A DNA stretch of 64,000 nucleotides from Candidatus Omnitrophota bacterium (lineage in GTDB: Bacteria > Omnitrophota > Gorgyraeia > B26-G9), in the NCBI GenBank assembly GCA_016213925.1, contig JACQZH010000021.1, forward strand, positions 6,295-70,294. Direction: 5' to 3'. Positions 37,765 through 47,583 of the stretch are shown here, piece after piece (positions within the stretch are counted from its first letter, which is position 1; every line of letters starts with the position of its first letter). The translations under genes and the position numbers were made by a program. Below the pieces are notes generated by a model that saw only the letters and a program-made list of their open reading frames with translations, was not told where the DNA came from and did no database searches.

Positions 37765-38829
37765 ATGCTGAAGAATAAAAAGGGTGTTTTACTGGTTGCT
37801 GTATATCTGGTGGTTGGGGTGCTTCTTGGTATACTTGGAGTTTGTGTTTATAAAAATATTTATGAGGCAAAAGTAAACATTGGGTATAAGCATTATATGA
37901 TGGCGTTTTATTGCGCTGAAGCGGCATTGGATAAGGGAATTGCCAACCTTCCTTCAAGCACCAGCGGTCAAACAAATGTTAGCTTGAATGCTGTAGGAGG
38001 TACCCAACAGGGGCAGTATACTTATACAATATCTACGGTAGAAGCAGGAAAGCGCTGGCGGGTGGAAAGCTGGGGATATTCGCCCAGCCAGGCAGATGCC
38101 GTAGTTACCCAGCATCTTGAGGCTTATGTTTCAAAAAAGGACTTGCCGGACTCTTTCTGGGATAACGCGATTTATACAGCCGGTAATGTGAGAGTAAACG
38201 GCAGTGCGTATGATATTGATGGTGATATTATTTATGGAGGCTCGCTTTTACCTGCGGTTCTTGATCCGGCTAAATTTTCCGGAACAAGCACAAATGATGC
38301 CAGTATTTCGCCTTTGATCAAGCTTGATTTTGAGACAATGAGAACAACTGCTGCCAGCCAGATCAAGGCTGACGGAAGCGATAATGTGTATACGTTTATG
38401 GAAATAGCAGCAGGGAATCCGCCCTTTCCAACTAGCTTCTGGTTTGACCAGACTGACCCTGACCCGACAAAATGGGTGCCTAATGTTGTGTATGTGGAAA
38501 CAGACCTTGTGCTTAACGGCAATATCGGCACGATCGGGGGTTTTTTTCTTGTGGTCGGAGATGTTACGACAAACCCTTCATCAACATCTGAGACTGTAAT
38601 CAATGGGAGAGGACAGATCGACGGTTGTATTTACAGTACAGGGCAGTTTCGCGTAAACGGCGGCGGCGGTGCTGACTTGAATGTTCTAGGCGGGGTTTGG
38701 GCAGGGACTGACGGAGTGCGTATAAACGGAAGTGTTCACCTTGGATACAATGAGGATTATATGAACGCTATCCGTGATGTGATCCAGCCTGGTTCGACTG
38801 TGCAGGTGATTTCCTGGCGGAGATTATAA
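37765..38829 (+). CDS. PilX-like minor pilin with beta-helix-like C-terminus
   Basis: KKG|VLLVA lacking E5, AFYCAEAA, repeated G.V..NG and terminal SWR. Confidence 0.8.
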   Translation: MLKNKKGVLLVAVYLVVGVLLGILGVCVYKNIYEAKVNIGYKHYMMAFYCAEAALDKGIANLPSSTSGQTNVSLNAVGGTQQGQYTYTISTVEAGKRWRVESWGYSPSQADAVVTQHLEAYVSKKDLPDSFWDNAIYTAGNVRVNGSAYDIDGDIIYGGSLLPAVLDPAKFSGTSTNDASISPLIKLDFETMRTTAASQIKADGSDNVYTFMEIAAGNPPFPTSFWFDQTDPDPTKWVPNVVYVETDLVLNGNIGTIGGFFLVVGDVTTNPSSTSETVINGRGQIDGCIYSTGQFRVNGGGGADLNVLGGVWAGTDGVRINGSVHLGYNEDYMNAIRDVIQPGSTVQVISWRRL

Positions 38830-38963
38830 GATCAAACGTAATGGGACAGCTTTTAATCTCTTTGCTGAAAATCCCCGGGTTTTCTCCAGAAAAATTCTCT
38901 TAAAATTTCCAGGGCTAAGTTCTCTTAATCCTCGGGATTATCCGCGCGATTCTTAAAATACTA

Positions 38964-39205
38964 GTAACAGTTCAGCGTTAGGAAATTTGTTCGATATGCG
39001 GTGCGAACGTAACCGGTTCACTCCGTTCGCTACGGCTGCTCGTCGCAATCGGATAAAATTTTTCCGACTGTCCCCCCATCCCCCACAGGGTGGGCTCAGG
39101 TAAGCACTTCTGGAAAAATTTCATCCTCATAAGCATGCTCCTGTGCGGCCTTATGCTCACTACGTGAACCGATTACGTTCCTTCTGCTAAGAGCTGAACT
39201 ATTAC
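38964..39205. mobile_element. MITE, family B, copy 1 (242 bp)
   Basis: TIR gtaacagttcagc/gctgaactattac; 8-bp TSD aaatacta at 38956-38963 and 39206-39213. Confidence 0.9.
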
Positions 39206-39231
39206 AAATACTACATATCAATAAATGACAT

Positions 39232-39259
39232 GAAACTTCCTGCAGTTTTTATCATCAAA
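39232..39259 (+). promoter_or_regulatory. ECF-type promoter of msrAB
   Basis: GAAACTT-N16-TCAAA. Confidence 0.6.
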
Positions 39260-39293
39260 ATATAAAGGGCAGTTGAATAAAGAAAGGCACGGT

Positions 39294-40397
39294 ATGAATA
39301 AAATTTTTAGAAAATTTATGCTGCTGATCTTGGTAATGCTATTGATGTTATCTGATTTTGCCAACGCAAAGGATGCTCAGATGAAAAATGCTATTGAACA
39401 GCAAGATAAAAAAATTGACAAAGCGGTATTTGCCGGAGGTTGTTTTTGGTGCATGGAAGCTGATTTCGAGAAGGTTAAAGGAGTTAAGGAAGTAATTTCC
39501 GGTTATATGGGGGGAAATATTAAAAATCCTACATATGATGATTACGCTGAAAAAGGATATAAAGAAGCAGTAGCAATCACTTTTGATACAACGAAGATAT
39601 CATATAAAGAACTGCTTGATTTTTTCTGGCAGCATATAGACCCGACAGATTCCGGCGGACAGTTTTGTGACCGCGGGCATGGATATACCAGCGCGGTTTT
39701 TTATCATACAGATGAGCAGAAACGCCTTGCTGATGAGTCAAAAAAAGAGCTGGAGGAATCAGGAAAATTAGGAGCTCCTATCGCGACAAATATAATAAAC
39801 GCCGGTATGTTTTATGCCGCGGAGGATTATCACCAGGATTATTATAAAAAGAAACCGCTTGAGTATAAGCTTTACCGCTTAGGATGCGGACGGGATAGAC
39901 AGCTTAAGAATAGGTGCCTGAATATTGCAAATAATGCTGGGGATACGGCACATGAGTCAAAATATAAAAAACTAAATCAGCAAAAGCTTAAAAAAAAATT
40001 AAGCGGGATGCAGTTTAAAGTTACTCAGGAAAACGGGACAGAACCTCCTTTTGAAAATGAATATTGGGATAATAAAAAAGAGGGGATATATGTGGATATC
40101 ATCAGCGGAGAGCCGTTATTCAGCTCTCGAGACCAATTTAAATCAGGTACAGGCTGGCCAAGCTTTACTCAGCCGCTTGAGCCGGATAATGTGGTGGAAA
40201 AACAAAGCCGCAGCGGTTTTGATTTCAGGATGGAAATTAGAAGTAAACATGCTGATTCACATCTGGGCCATGTTTTTAATGACGGGCCAAAATATACGGG
40301 GTTGCGCTATTGCATTAATTCCGCGGCATTGCGTTTTATTCCAAAGGATGAGCTTAAACAGCAGGGGTATGAAGATTACTTAAAGCTTTTTGAATAA
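39294..40397 (+). CDS. msrAB: Exported bifunctional methionine sulfoxide reductase MsrA-MsrB
   Basis: Signal peptide; MsrA motifs GCFWC and EDYHQDYY; MsrB motifs GWPSF, HLGHVF and RYCINS. Confidence 0.95.
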   Translation: MNKIFRKFMLLILVMLLMLSDFANAKDAQMKNAIEQQDKKIDKAVFAGGCFWCMEADFEKVKGVKEVISGYMGGNIKNPTYDDYAEKGYKEAVAITFDTTKISYKELLDFFWQHIDPTDSGGQFCDRGHGYTSAVFYHTDEQKRLADESKKELEESGKLGAPIATNIINAGMFYAAEDYHQDYYKKKPLEYKLYRLGCGRDRQLKNRCLNIANNAGDTAHESKYKKLNQQKLKKKLSGMQFKVTQENGTEPPFENEYWDNKKEGIYVDIISGEPLFSSRDQFKSGTGWPSFTQPLEPDNVVEKQSRSGFDFRMEIRSKHADSHLGHVFNDGPKYTGLRYCINSAALRFIPKDELKQQGYEDYLKLFE

Positions 40398-40404
40398 AAA
40401 TAAT

Positions 40405-40432
40405 GAAACTAGGCTACTTGAAAAGCATCAAA
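40405..40432 (+). promoter_or_regulatory. ECF-type promoter of a small ORF
   Basis: GAAACTA-N16-TCAAA, same layout as the msrAB promoter. Confidence 0.55.
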
Positions 40433-40487
40433 AATATAGAAGGAGAGAGAAGGAAAAGGTAGTTAATGCTTAGAAAAGAGGTGTGCT

Positions 40488-40628
40488 ATGAAGAACAAAG
40501 TACAGTGCGGTGTATGTTATGAACCGATATTTACGGGATTTGGGTTTAGTTATGCGCCTGTTTTAGAATGCTGCGAAACGGCTCAAAAGAAGATGCACAG
40601 GAAAAATACAGCAAAAGCAAAGAAATAA
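40488..40628 (+). CDS. Small Cys-rich protein (46 aa), below the ORF-track cutoff
   Basis: GAGGTG RBS; MKNKVQCGVCYEPIFTGFGFSYAPVLECCETAQKKMHRKNTAKAKK; followed by a terminator-like stem. Confidence 0.65.
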   Translation: MKNKVQCGVCYEPIFTGFGFSYAPVLECCETAQKKMHRKNTAKAKK

Positions 40629-40639
40629 TGAGCAGGAAT

Positions 40640-40686
40640 AAACCGCTTCGAAGGATTATTAAAAAATAAGGCTGAGGCGGTTTTTT
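40640..40686 (+). terminator. Putative intrinsic terminator
   Basis: aaaccgcttc...gaggcggtttttt. Confidence 0.5.
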
Positions 40687-40846
40687 GAGGCGGTCTTGGC
40701 TTCTTGACAATAAGCTGATTTAATGATAAGTTACTAATATGGCGGCGGGAGGATTAAAGCGTTTATAATAATTACTATTAAGGATGCCTAGGCATGAAGA
40801 TACAGCAAGTTATTTGGATTATTACTAGTTAAAAAGGAGGTTGTAG

Positions 40847-41185
40847 ATGAAGGAAAAGATGTTTTTATTGACCGGGTTGTTTAGTTTATTTATTTTTGCC
40901 GGTTGTTTTGCTGCTATCGGAGTGGCTGCCGCAGAAGAACAACCTCAATCAATCACGCAAAAGACGGATGTTGTTTCAGCTGAGGTTGTTGAAGCAGGCA
41001 ACACAATTTGTCCGGTCAGCGGTGATAAAGTAGGAAGCATGGGGCCTAATGTGCGGTATGAATATAAAGGGAAAATCTATAGTTTCTGCTGCGAAGGATG
41101 CGTCCCAACTTTCAAGGAAGACCCGGAAAAATATATCAAAATGTTAGAAGAAATGACGGCTAAAGAAAGTTCTGCAGTTAAATAA
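40847..41185 (+). CDS. Exported YHS-domain protein
   Basis: Signal peptide and CPVSG...YKGKIYSFCCEGC...F..DPEKY. Confidence 0.85.
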   Translation: MKEKMFLLTGLFSLFIFAGCFAAIGVAAAEEQPQSITQKTDVVSAEVVEAGNTICPVSGDKVGSMGPNVRYEYKGKIYSFCCEGCVPTFKEDPEKYIKMLEEMTAKESSAVK

Positions 41186-41262
41186 GGAATGAAAATAGAT
41201 TAATTTGGACAGAATGGAAAGCTGTTAATAACTAAGATGTTTATATATAGTTTTTTACATGG

Positions 41263-41297
41263 GGCTGCTGCCGATAGTATCGGCGCAGCCTTTTTTT
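41263..41297 (+). terminator. Intrinsic terminator
   Basis: ggctgc-tgccgata/tatcggc-gcagcc followed by T7. Confidence 0.75.
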
Positions 41298-41458
41298 ATT
41301 TTTGTTATTCTGGTTAGCTTTATTAAGATTTGGCATTTATTTTCTTTTTAATTAGTAATATAATAATGTGATTATGAATTTTAGGCTATTATTTATCAGG
41401 GGCTGGCTAAATAGTAAATTTGCCGGAAAATCGTAAATACGATATATAAGTAAAAATT

Positions 41459-42628
41459 ATGAAAAATAAGATACTGTTGTTTTTATCTGTTACTGTCCTT
41501 ACTTTAGCTGTATTTACGGCTTCGGGATATTCTTTTTGGGATAATCTTTTTAATAGTAATTCTTCCGTATCAGCAGAAAACACGGGTAATAGTAAAAGTG
41601 TACTGCAGTTTACTGATTTTAAACACATAGATACCGGGGGTACAGGTATCGAAACGTTTCATATGCTTATTCCAAAGGACTGGCAGTTCAGCGGAGGGGT
41701 GCGTTGGATTCTTAATAATCCCGGGATGCCGGCAGTGATTAGTTTTAAACTTAAAAACCCGGGCGGGATTGAAGAATTGGAAGTTTTTCCTAATCAGCCG
41801 TTTTTTTGGACAAATAATCAGATGGTTCTTTCCATGTTTCCCGTTGGCGCGTATTATTTCGGCAGTGAAGTAGCGCCGCCTGTTTCGGCTTTAGAAGCTC
41901 TGGAACGGATTACTATTCCGAGGTTTAGAAGCGATGTCTCGAATATACGCGTTATTAAAAAAGAACCGCTTCCTGAGCTTGCGCAGATATTGAATAAGCA
42001 GGCAATACAGCAGCCAGGTATTAATTATTCCGCTGAAGGCGCTAAAATACGGGTGGAATATGTTAAGGACGGCAGAGAAATAGAAGAAGAAATTTTCGCG
42101 GTCGTGGAAGCAGTTTCTTTCAGCATGCAAAGCATGATGGGGGTTGTTACTAATATCAACTGGACGGTTGATTACGTGTTTTCTTTTAAAGCGGAAAAGG
42201 GTCGATTGGATTCCCATTACAAGACATTTCAGACAATTGTTCATTCGTTTACTTTAAACCCGCAATGGTTTAATAAATATAACCAGGTTGTTGAGTATCT
42301 TGTGCAAAGACAAATACAGCAGATTAATAATATCGGCCAATTGAGTAAAATTATCAGCCAGACACATAATGAGATCAGTGATATGATTATGGACTCTTAT
42401 AATTACCGCCAGAAGGTAAATGACCGTATAGCCGATAATTTCAGTAAATCTATCCGCGGTGTTGAAGGATATTATGATCCCGGGCAGGACAAGGCTGTTG
42501 AGCTTCCCAACGGTTATCGGGATGCCTGGTCAAATAAACTTGGCGAATATATTCTCTCCGATGATCCGAATTTTAATCCTAACGTTAATTCGGCAACAAC
42601 CTGGGAAAAAATGAGGAAAACAGAATAA
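41459..42628 (+). CDS. Secreted hypothetical protein
   Basis: 389-aa ORF with a signal peptide; no family recognised. Confidence 0.7.
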   Translation: MKNKILLFLSVTVLTLAVFTASGYSFWDNLFNSNSSVSAENTGNSKSVLQFTDFKHIDTGGTGIETFHMLIPKDWQFSGGVRWILNNPGMPAVISFKLKNPGGIEELEVFPNQPFFWTNNQMVLSMFPVGAYYFGSEVAPPVSALEALERITIPRFRSDVSNIRVIKKEPLPELAQILNKQAIQQPGINYSAEGAKIRVEYVKDGREIEEEIFAVVEAVSFSMQSMMGVVTNINWTVDYVFSFKAEKGRLDSHYKTFQTIVHSFTLNPQWFNKYNQVVEYLVQRQIQQINNIGQLSKIISQTHNEISDMIMDSYNYRQKVNDRIADNFSKSIRGVEGYYDPGQDKAVELPNGYRDAWSNKLGEYILSDDPNFNPNVNSATTWEKMRKTE

Positions 42629-42666
42629 TATCGAATTTTTATTTTTAATAAGACAGCATAAATAAG

Positions 42667-43983
42667 ATGAATGAGCCTCTGAAGATAAAAGAGAAAAATA
42701 TTAAATTATCCGTTATCGAGGGTATGTTTGCCAGCGCGATGGCCGGGTTTACGCAGGAATATTTTACGCCTTTTCTGCTTCTTTTAGGCGGCACTGCGCA
42801 GCATGTCGGGCTATTGAACGCGCTGCCTAACCTGCTTGGCTCATTAGCGCAGCTTAAAAGCGCTGATATTGTCGAGCGTTTAAATTCAAGAAAGAAAATG
42901 ATCAATATTTTTATGATCCTCCAAGGTGTTATGCTTATTCCGATGGCAGCGATCTCGTTGATTAAAGATATGCCTCCGGCGGCATTTATAATCAGTGTGA
43001 TGTTTTATACAGGCTTCGGTGCTTTAGCCAGCCCGGCATGGGGAAGTTTTATGTCAGATCTGGTTGATAAAGACAAACGCGGCGTGTTTTTCGGCTGGCG
43101 TAATAAGATACTGGGTTTTACTACTGTAGGCTCGATGTTTGTTGCCGGCGGTCTGTTGTATTTTATGAAAAAAATAGATGTTTATAAAGGTTTTGCCCTG
43201 CTTTTTTTCCTGGCTTTTATTTGGAGGTTTGTTTCATGGTATTTCTTGCAAAAAATGCATGAGCCGGTTTTACATAAAAATAATAATAACCAATTCACTT
43301 TTTTTCAGTTTGTGCGCAGGCTTAAAGAAAGTAATTTTGCCCAATTTGTGGTTTTTGTAGCGTTATTGAGTTTTACGGTAAATATCGCGTCTCCGTTTTT
43401 TTCAGTATTGATGCTTAGGGAACTGGGATTTAATTATTTCCTTTTTACGCTTATAACGCTGTCTTCCACGTTTACAATTTATTGCATTATTACCCGATGG
43501 GGAAGGCATGCCGATAAAGCCGGGAATTTAAAAGTAATAAAAATTACCGCTCCTTTAATTGGGTGTATCCCGCTTTTATGGATTATTAACCGCAGCCCGT
43601 TGTTCCTTATTTGCGCGCAGGTTTTTTCCGGCTTTGTCTGGGCCGGTTTTAATCTTTGTACAGCTAATTTTATTTATGACGCGGTGATTCCGGAAAAAAG
43701 AACGCGCTGTATAGCGTATTTTAATACGATTAACGGTACGGCGCTTTGTTTGGGTGCCTTGATGGGAGGATTTTTACTGCCGCATTTACCGTGCCTTTTC
43801 GGATACAAGATATTGACGCTTTTCCTGATTTCATCGATTTTAAGGATATTGGTCAGTTTGTTTTTACCGCTTAAGTTAAAAGAGGTGAGGAAAGTGGAAA
43901 GTTTAAGCGGTGAGCGGATTTTTTTCAGCATGGTCGGGATCCGTCCGGTTTTAGGATCGGAGAGGAAAACTATCAGATTTTGA
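42667..43983 (+). CDS. MFS transporter
   Basis: About 12 TM helices; MFS-like motifs WGRHADKAGN and KRGVFFG. Confidence 0.85.
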   Translation: MNEPLKIKEKNIKLSVIEGMFASAMAGFTQEYFTPFLLLLGGTAQHVGLLNALPNLLGSLAQLKSADIVERLNSRKKMINIFMILQGVMLIPMAAISLIKDMPPAAFIISVMFYTGFGALASPAWGSFMSDLVDKDKRGVFFGWRNKILGFTTVGSMFVAGGLLYFMKKIDVYKGFALLFFLAFIWRFVSWYFLQKMHEPVLHKNNNNQFTFFQFVRRLKESNFAQFVVFVALLSFTVNIASPFFSVLMLRELGFNYFLFTLITLSSTFTIYCIITRWGRHADKAGNLKVIKITAPLIGCIPLLWIINRSPLFLICAQVFSGFVWAGFNLCTANFIYDAVIPEKRTRCIAYFNTINGTALCLGALMGGFLLPHLPCLFGYKILTLFLISSILRILVSLFLPLKLKEVRKVESLSGERIFFSMVGIRPVLGSERKTIRF

Positions 43984-44006
43984 GTACAATAGTTGCCGGA
44001 GTTTGA

Positions 44007-44708
44007 ATGAAGAATATGCGGAAAGTTAAAAGCGGGATAAAGAGCTGGCCGGAAGATGAGCGGCCAAGAGAAAAACTGCTGAGGAACGGAGAGCATACAT
44101 TAAGCAACGCGGAACTTCTGGCAATTCTTATCCGTACCGGGATAAACGGGCAAAGCGCGGTAGATATATCCAGAAAGATCCTGTCAAAATTCAAGGCCTT
44201 TCGGCAGATGAGCCACACGGATATGCGAAGCTGGCGGGAATTCAAAGGCCTTGGACTGGCGAAAATAGCGCAGATTAAAGCGGCTCTTGAGATTGCCCGG
44301 CGCATGGGAGAAGAAACCTTGGATAAAAAAACAAAGATATCTTCAGCCAAAGAAGTGGTTTCCCTGCTTTTGCCTCGTATGAGGGACCTAAAAAAAGAGG
44401 TTTTTAAGATAATTTTTCTTGATAGCCAAAACAGGGTGATTGATATTACCGAGCAAGGCACAGGCACGGTTAATCAGGCCAGTTTTTATTCCAGGGAAAT
44501 TTTTCAAAAAGCCTTGGAATATTTTGCCGTTTCGATAATCTGCGTGCATAATCATCCTTCAGGCAATTGCCTGCCAAGCGAGCAGGATAAACTGTTTTCT
44601 CAAAGGCTATTTGACGCTGGCAAGCTTCTGCAGGTAGCTTTTTTAGATCATATAATTGTCAGCGAAGAAGGATATTTCAGTTTTGCCGAACATGGATTGA
44701 TTAAATAA
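44007..44708 (+). CDS. radC: RadC (JAB domain) family protein
   Basis: ERPREKL, LSNAELLAIL and HNHPSG...S..D...LDHII. Confidence 0.93.
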   Translation: MKNMRKVKSGIKSWPEDERPREKLLRNGEHTLSNAELLAILIRTGINGQSAVDISRKILSKFKAFRQMSHTDMRSWREFKGLGLAKIAQIKAALEIARRMGEETLDKKTKISSAKEVVSLLLPRMRDLKKEVFKIIFLDSQNRVIDITEQGTGTVNQASFYSREIFQKALEYFAVSIICVHNHPSGNCLPSEQDKLFSQRLFDAGKLLQVAFLDHIIVSEEGYFSFAEHGLIK

Positions 44709-44712
44709 TATG

Positions 44713-44961
44713 GTAATAGTTCAGCGTTCAGAAGTTTGAGTTAATAATGATGCGGTACAGACTCAATCGTCGCTCTGCATTCGCAGACGGTGCTCGTCGC
44801 AATCGGATAAAATTTTCCCGACTGCCCCCAGCATCCCCCACAGGGCGGTAGTTCAGGTAAGCACTTCTGGGGAAATTTTATCCTCATAAGCGAGTTTCTG
44901 CGCGCCTTATGCTCACTACGTGAGCCGATCGAGTCTCTTCTGCTAAGAGCTGAACTGTTAA
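44713..44961. mobile_element. MITE, family B, copy 2 (249 bp)
   Basis: TIR gtaatagttcagc/gctgaactgttaa; 8-bp TSD ataatatg at 44705-44712 and 44962-44969. Confidence 0.9.
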
Positions 44962-45041
44962 ATAATATGCGATAGTTCATCTTATGTGAATGAAAGGTTC
45001 CAAACTCTGAACTGATACAATAAGATCGGGAGGGTAAATAG

Positions 45042-45791
45042 TTGAAAAAAGAGATTTTGATTTTTGAAAATATTGTGATGATGTCGGAAAGCATTATCAA
45101 TAGGTGGAAACAAATCGCGAAGGAGGCGATAACAAACAGGGGTTGTTTTAGTATCGTGCTTTCCGGAGGGAAAACTCCTGTGGATTTATATCAGAGGCTT
45201 GCTAAGTTAAATGGAGATGAAATACCCTGGGAAAAGACGCATGTGTTTTTTATCGATGAACGCTATGTCGGGCCTGATCATCCGCATAACAATATGGCAA
45301 TGCTTTCCGTTGAGCTTTTCGAAAAAAATATGATGCCCAAAGAAAATATCTATCCGATATTTGATCAAGGAATTACTTTGGAGAGAGCTGCAGACATTTA
45401 TGCGGGAAAGATACGGAATTTTTTTAATTTAAGAGAACTTGAATATCCGGTTTTTGACCTGATACTGCTTGGCTTGGGAGCTGACGGGCACACCGCGGCC
45501 TTATTTCCTAAAGATATGCCGAGTATTTTGAAAGAAAAACGCCTTGTGGCCAAAGTTGAAGTTCAAGACGCCAAAGAGCCTTGGATAACCATGACTTTAC
45601 CTGTTATTAACAGCGCTAGGAGTATTTTTGTTTTAGTAAGCGGCAGCCATAAAGCGGATATTTTTAAAAAAGTGATAGAAGAAAACGCTGATTTGCCTGC
45701 TGCCAAGATCATGCCGAAAAACGGAAAACTGATTTTTTGCGTGGATAAGCAGGCGGCATCGTCTTTGCCAGAGAAATATAACTCTCTTTAG
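45042..45791 (+). CDS. pgl: 6-phosphogluconolactonase
   Basis: LSGGKTP, DERYV and GLGADGHTAALFP motifs. Confidence 0.9.
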   Translation: MKKEILIFENIVMMSESIINRWKQIAKEAITNRGCFSIVLSGGKTPVDLYQRLAKLNGDEIPWEKTHVFFIDERYVGPDHPHNNMAMLSVELFEKNMMPKENIYPIFDQGITLERAADIYAGKIRNFFNLRELEYPVFDLILLGLGADGHTAALFPKDMPSILKEKRLVAKVEVQDAKEPWITMTLPVINSARSIFVLVSGSHKADIFKKVIEENADLPAAKIMPKNGKLIFCVDKQAASSLPEKYNSL

Positions 45792-47426
45792 CTATTCCGA
45801 TAATTTAACGATAACCCCTTTTAGCCGTGCCTGATTCAAAAAGTATTTTAAAAAAATTATCTCGACGAAGAGATATAATCCCGTAAGCGCAAATCCTTTT
45901 AAAAGAATAAACGGCCCTGAAGGAGCAAAGCCGAAATAAGAACGCAGGTATTCAAGAAAATATGTAAGCGGTATGAACTGTGAAACGCGGTGCCAGAAAA
46001 CAGGCAGTGTTTCTACGGGATAATATATGCCGCAAATAAGCATTAAAAGATAGGCAAGCATCCAGGCAGTGTTTTCTGCCTTGTTGCCAAAGGCAAGGAC
46101 CAGCATATTTACGATTGTTCCGGCTATAAGCGCGGTTAAAAAAATTCCCATTAAAAAAAGCGAAGTCGGGATGATTCCCGGGAAACTTACCCCAAACATC
46201 AAATAGGCGGCAATGGCCAGCACTGAAAAAATAATTAAGCCTCTGACTATTCCGATGATCCAGGAGCCGCATAATGATTCGATGGGGCCGGCAGGAGTAA
46301 GCATAGTATGTTTTAAGCTTTTTGACCAAATTTCATAAAGAATATTATAAGAGACATCAAGCTGTGTTAACTGCAGGATGCCTCCGGTTATGGCGCCGGT
46401 CATGATGAATGCAAGAGCTTTATGTTCAAGCGAAAGAAAATTTCCCATTAATCCGATTGAAATAAGCGTTACCATCGGCCAGAACAGCAATTCCGCAAAA
46501 GAAAAAAAGTTCCGTTTGGCAAAAATAAAATTCCGGTATGTGAAGGCGCTGGCGCGGTTTATCCAGGCAAATAAACGGTGATGTTCTGCAAGCTTATTTT
46601 TTATCTCTGCTTTGGTAGTTTCCGCGGATTGCAGGCAAAGAGCTTCTGTTTTTATCGGTTGCTGGCTGAAGTCATATTCATGATCGCGGGCAAGGCTGAT
46701 AAAGACTTCGTCTAAAGTATCTTTTTGATGCATTTGTTTTAATTGTCCAGGGCTTGCAATTCTGATTACCCTTCCTTGTTTTAAAAACACAATGCGCTGG
46801 CACATTAGTTCCGCTTCTTTCATATTATGGGTAGTTAGCAGGATCGTGATATGTTTTTCTTTCCAGATATCCAGGATCATCCGGCGGGTGTTTACTGCTA
46901 CATCAGGGTCAAGCCCGATTGTAGGCTCGTCGAGAAAAAGAATTTTCGGGTTATTGAGTAAAGCTTTTGCCAGGGCCATCCTTTGTTTTGTGCCACTGGA
47001 AAGCTCGTCAAAACACTGGTTTTGGTATGGTTTTAATTGTAAGAGCTCAATCACTTCATCTTTTTTGCTTTTCAATTTTGCCCCGGATAATCCGTAAAGC
47101 TTTGCGTAAAAGCTCAGGTTTTCTTCTACTGTTAAACTCCATGCAAAGTTCGGGTATCCAGAAGCCATATTCATTATCATTCGCATATATTGGGTGCAGG
47201 ATCTTTCGCAAAGCAGGCCGTTGACGTAAATTTGACCGGTATCCTGTATAAGCAGGGTTGAAAGAATATTAAGCAGTGTTGTTTTCCCTGCGCCGTTGGG
47301 CCCGAGGATACCGAGTATTTCTTGGCTTAAGACATCAAAAGAAACGCCATCTAATGCTCTAATAAATTTGCCTTTTGATTTGCTGTGGAATGTTTTTGAA
47401 ATGTTTTTTATGCTGATAATCGCCAT
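45792..47426 (-). CDS. ABC transporter, fused ATPase + ABC-2 type permease
   Basis: GPNGAGKT, LSSG, LDEPT and H-loop, then six TM helices with GIYYPV..LP. Confidence 0.88.
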   Translation of the reverse strand: MAIISIKNISKTFHSKSKGKFIRALDGVSFDVLSQEILGILGPNGAGKTTLLNILSTLLIQDTGQIYVNGLLCERSCTQYMRMIMNMASGYPNFAWSLTVEENLSFYAKLYGLSGAKLKSKKDEVIELLQLKPYQNQCFDELSSGTKQRMALAKALLNNPKILFLDEPTIGLDPDVAVNTRRMILDIWKEKHITILLTTHNMKEAELMCQRIVFLKQGRVIRIASPGQLKQMHQKDTLDEVFISLARDHEYDFSQQPIKTEALCLQSAETTKAEIKNKLAEHHRLFAWINRASAFTYRNFIFAKRNFFSFAELLFWPMVTLISIGLMGNFLSLEHKALAFIMTGAITGGILQLTQLDVSYNILYEIWSKSLKHTMLTPAGPIESLCGSWIIGIVRGLIIFSVLAIAAYLMFGVSFPGIIPTSLFLMGIFLTALIAGTIVNMLVLAFGNKAENTAWMLAYLLMLICGIYYPVETLPVFWHRVSQFIPLTYFLEYLRSYFGFAPSGPFILLKGFALTGLYLFVEIIFLKYFLNQARLKGVIVKLSE

Positions 47427-47583
47427 AATCGCCTTATTATATGATAACAAGCAAATTAAAGCAAGAATCCTAACAGGGGTATGTTATAATACAAATAAAG
47501 AAAGTAGGGGGTAATTTTTAGTTGTTTTAAAAAAATCTTGTTTGATTAGCTGGCCGGATGACAACAAAAAAGTGAGAGGAAAA

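Noticed and set aside
38850-38950. Small palindromes and loose repeats after pilX
   Set aside because: Too short and degenerate; no second copy seen in the window.
44007-44708. radC as a marker of a mobile island
   Set aside because: It is the full-length chromosomal type with no integrase or conjugation genes nearby.
38978-45100. Similar minus-strand ORFs 38978-39160 and 44741-45100
   Set aside because: Their similarity comes from the two MITE B copies, and there is no transposase motif.
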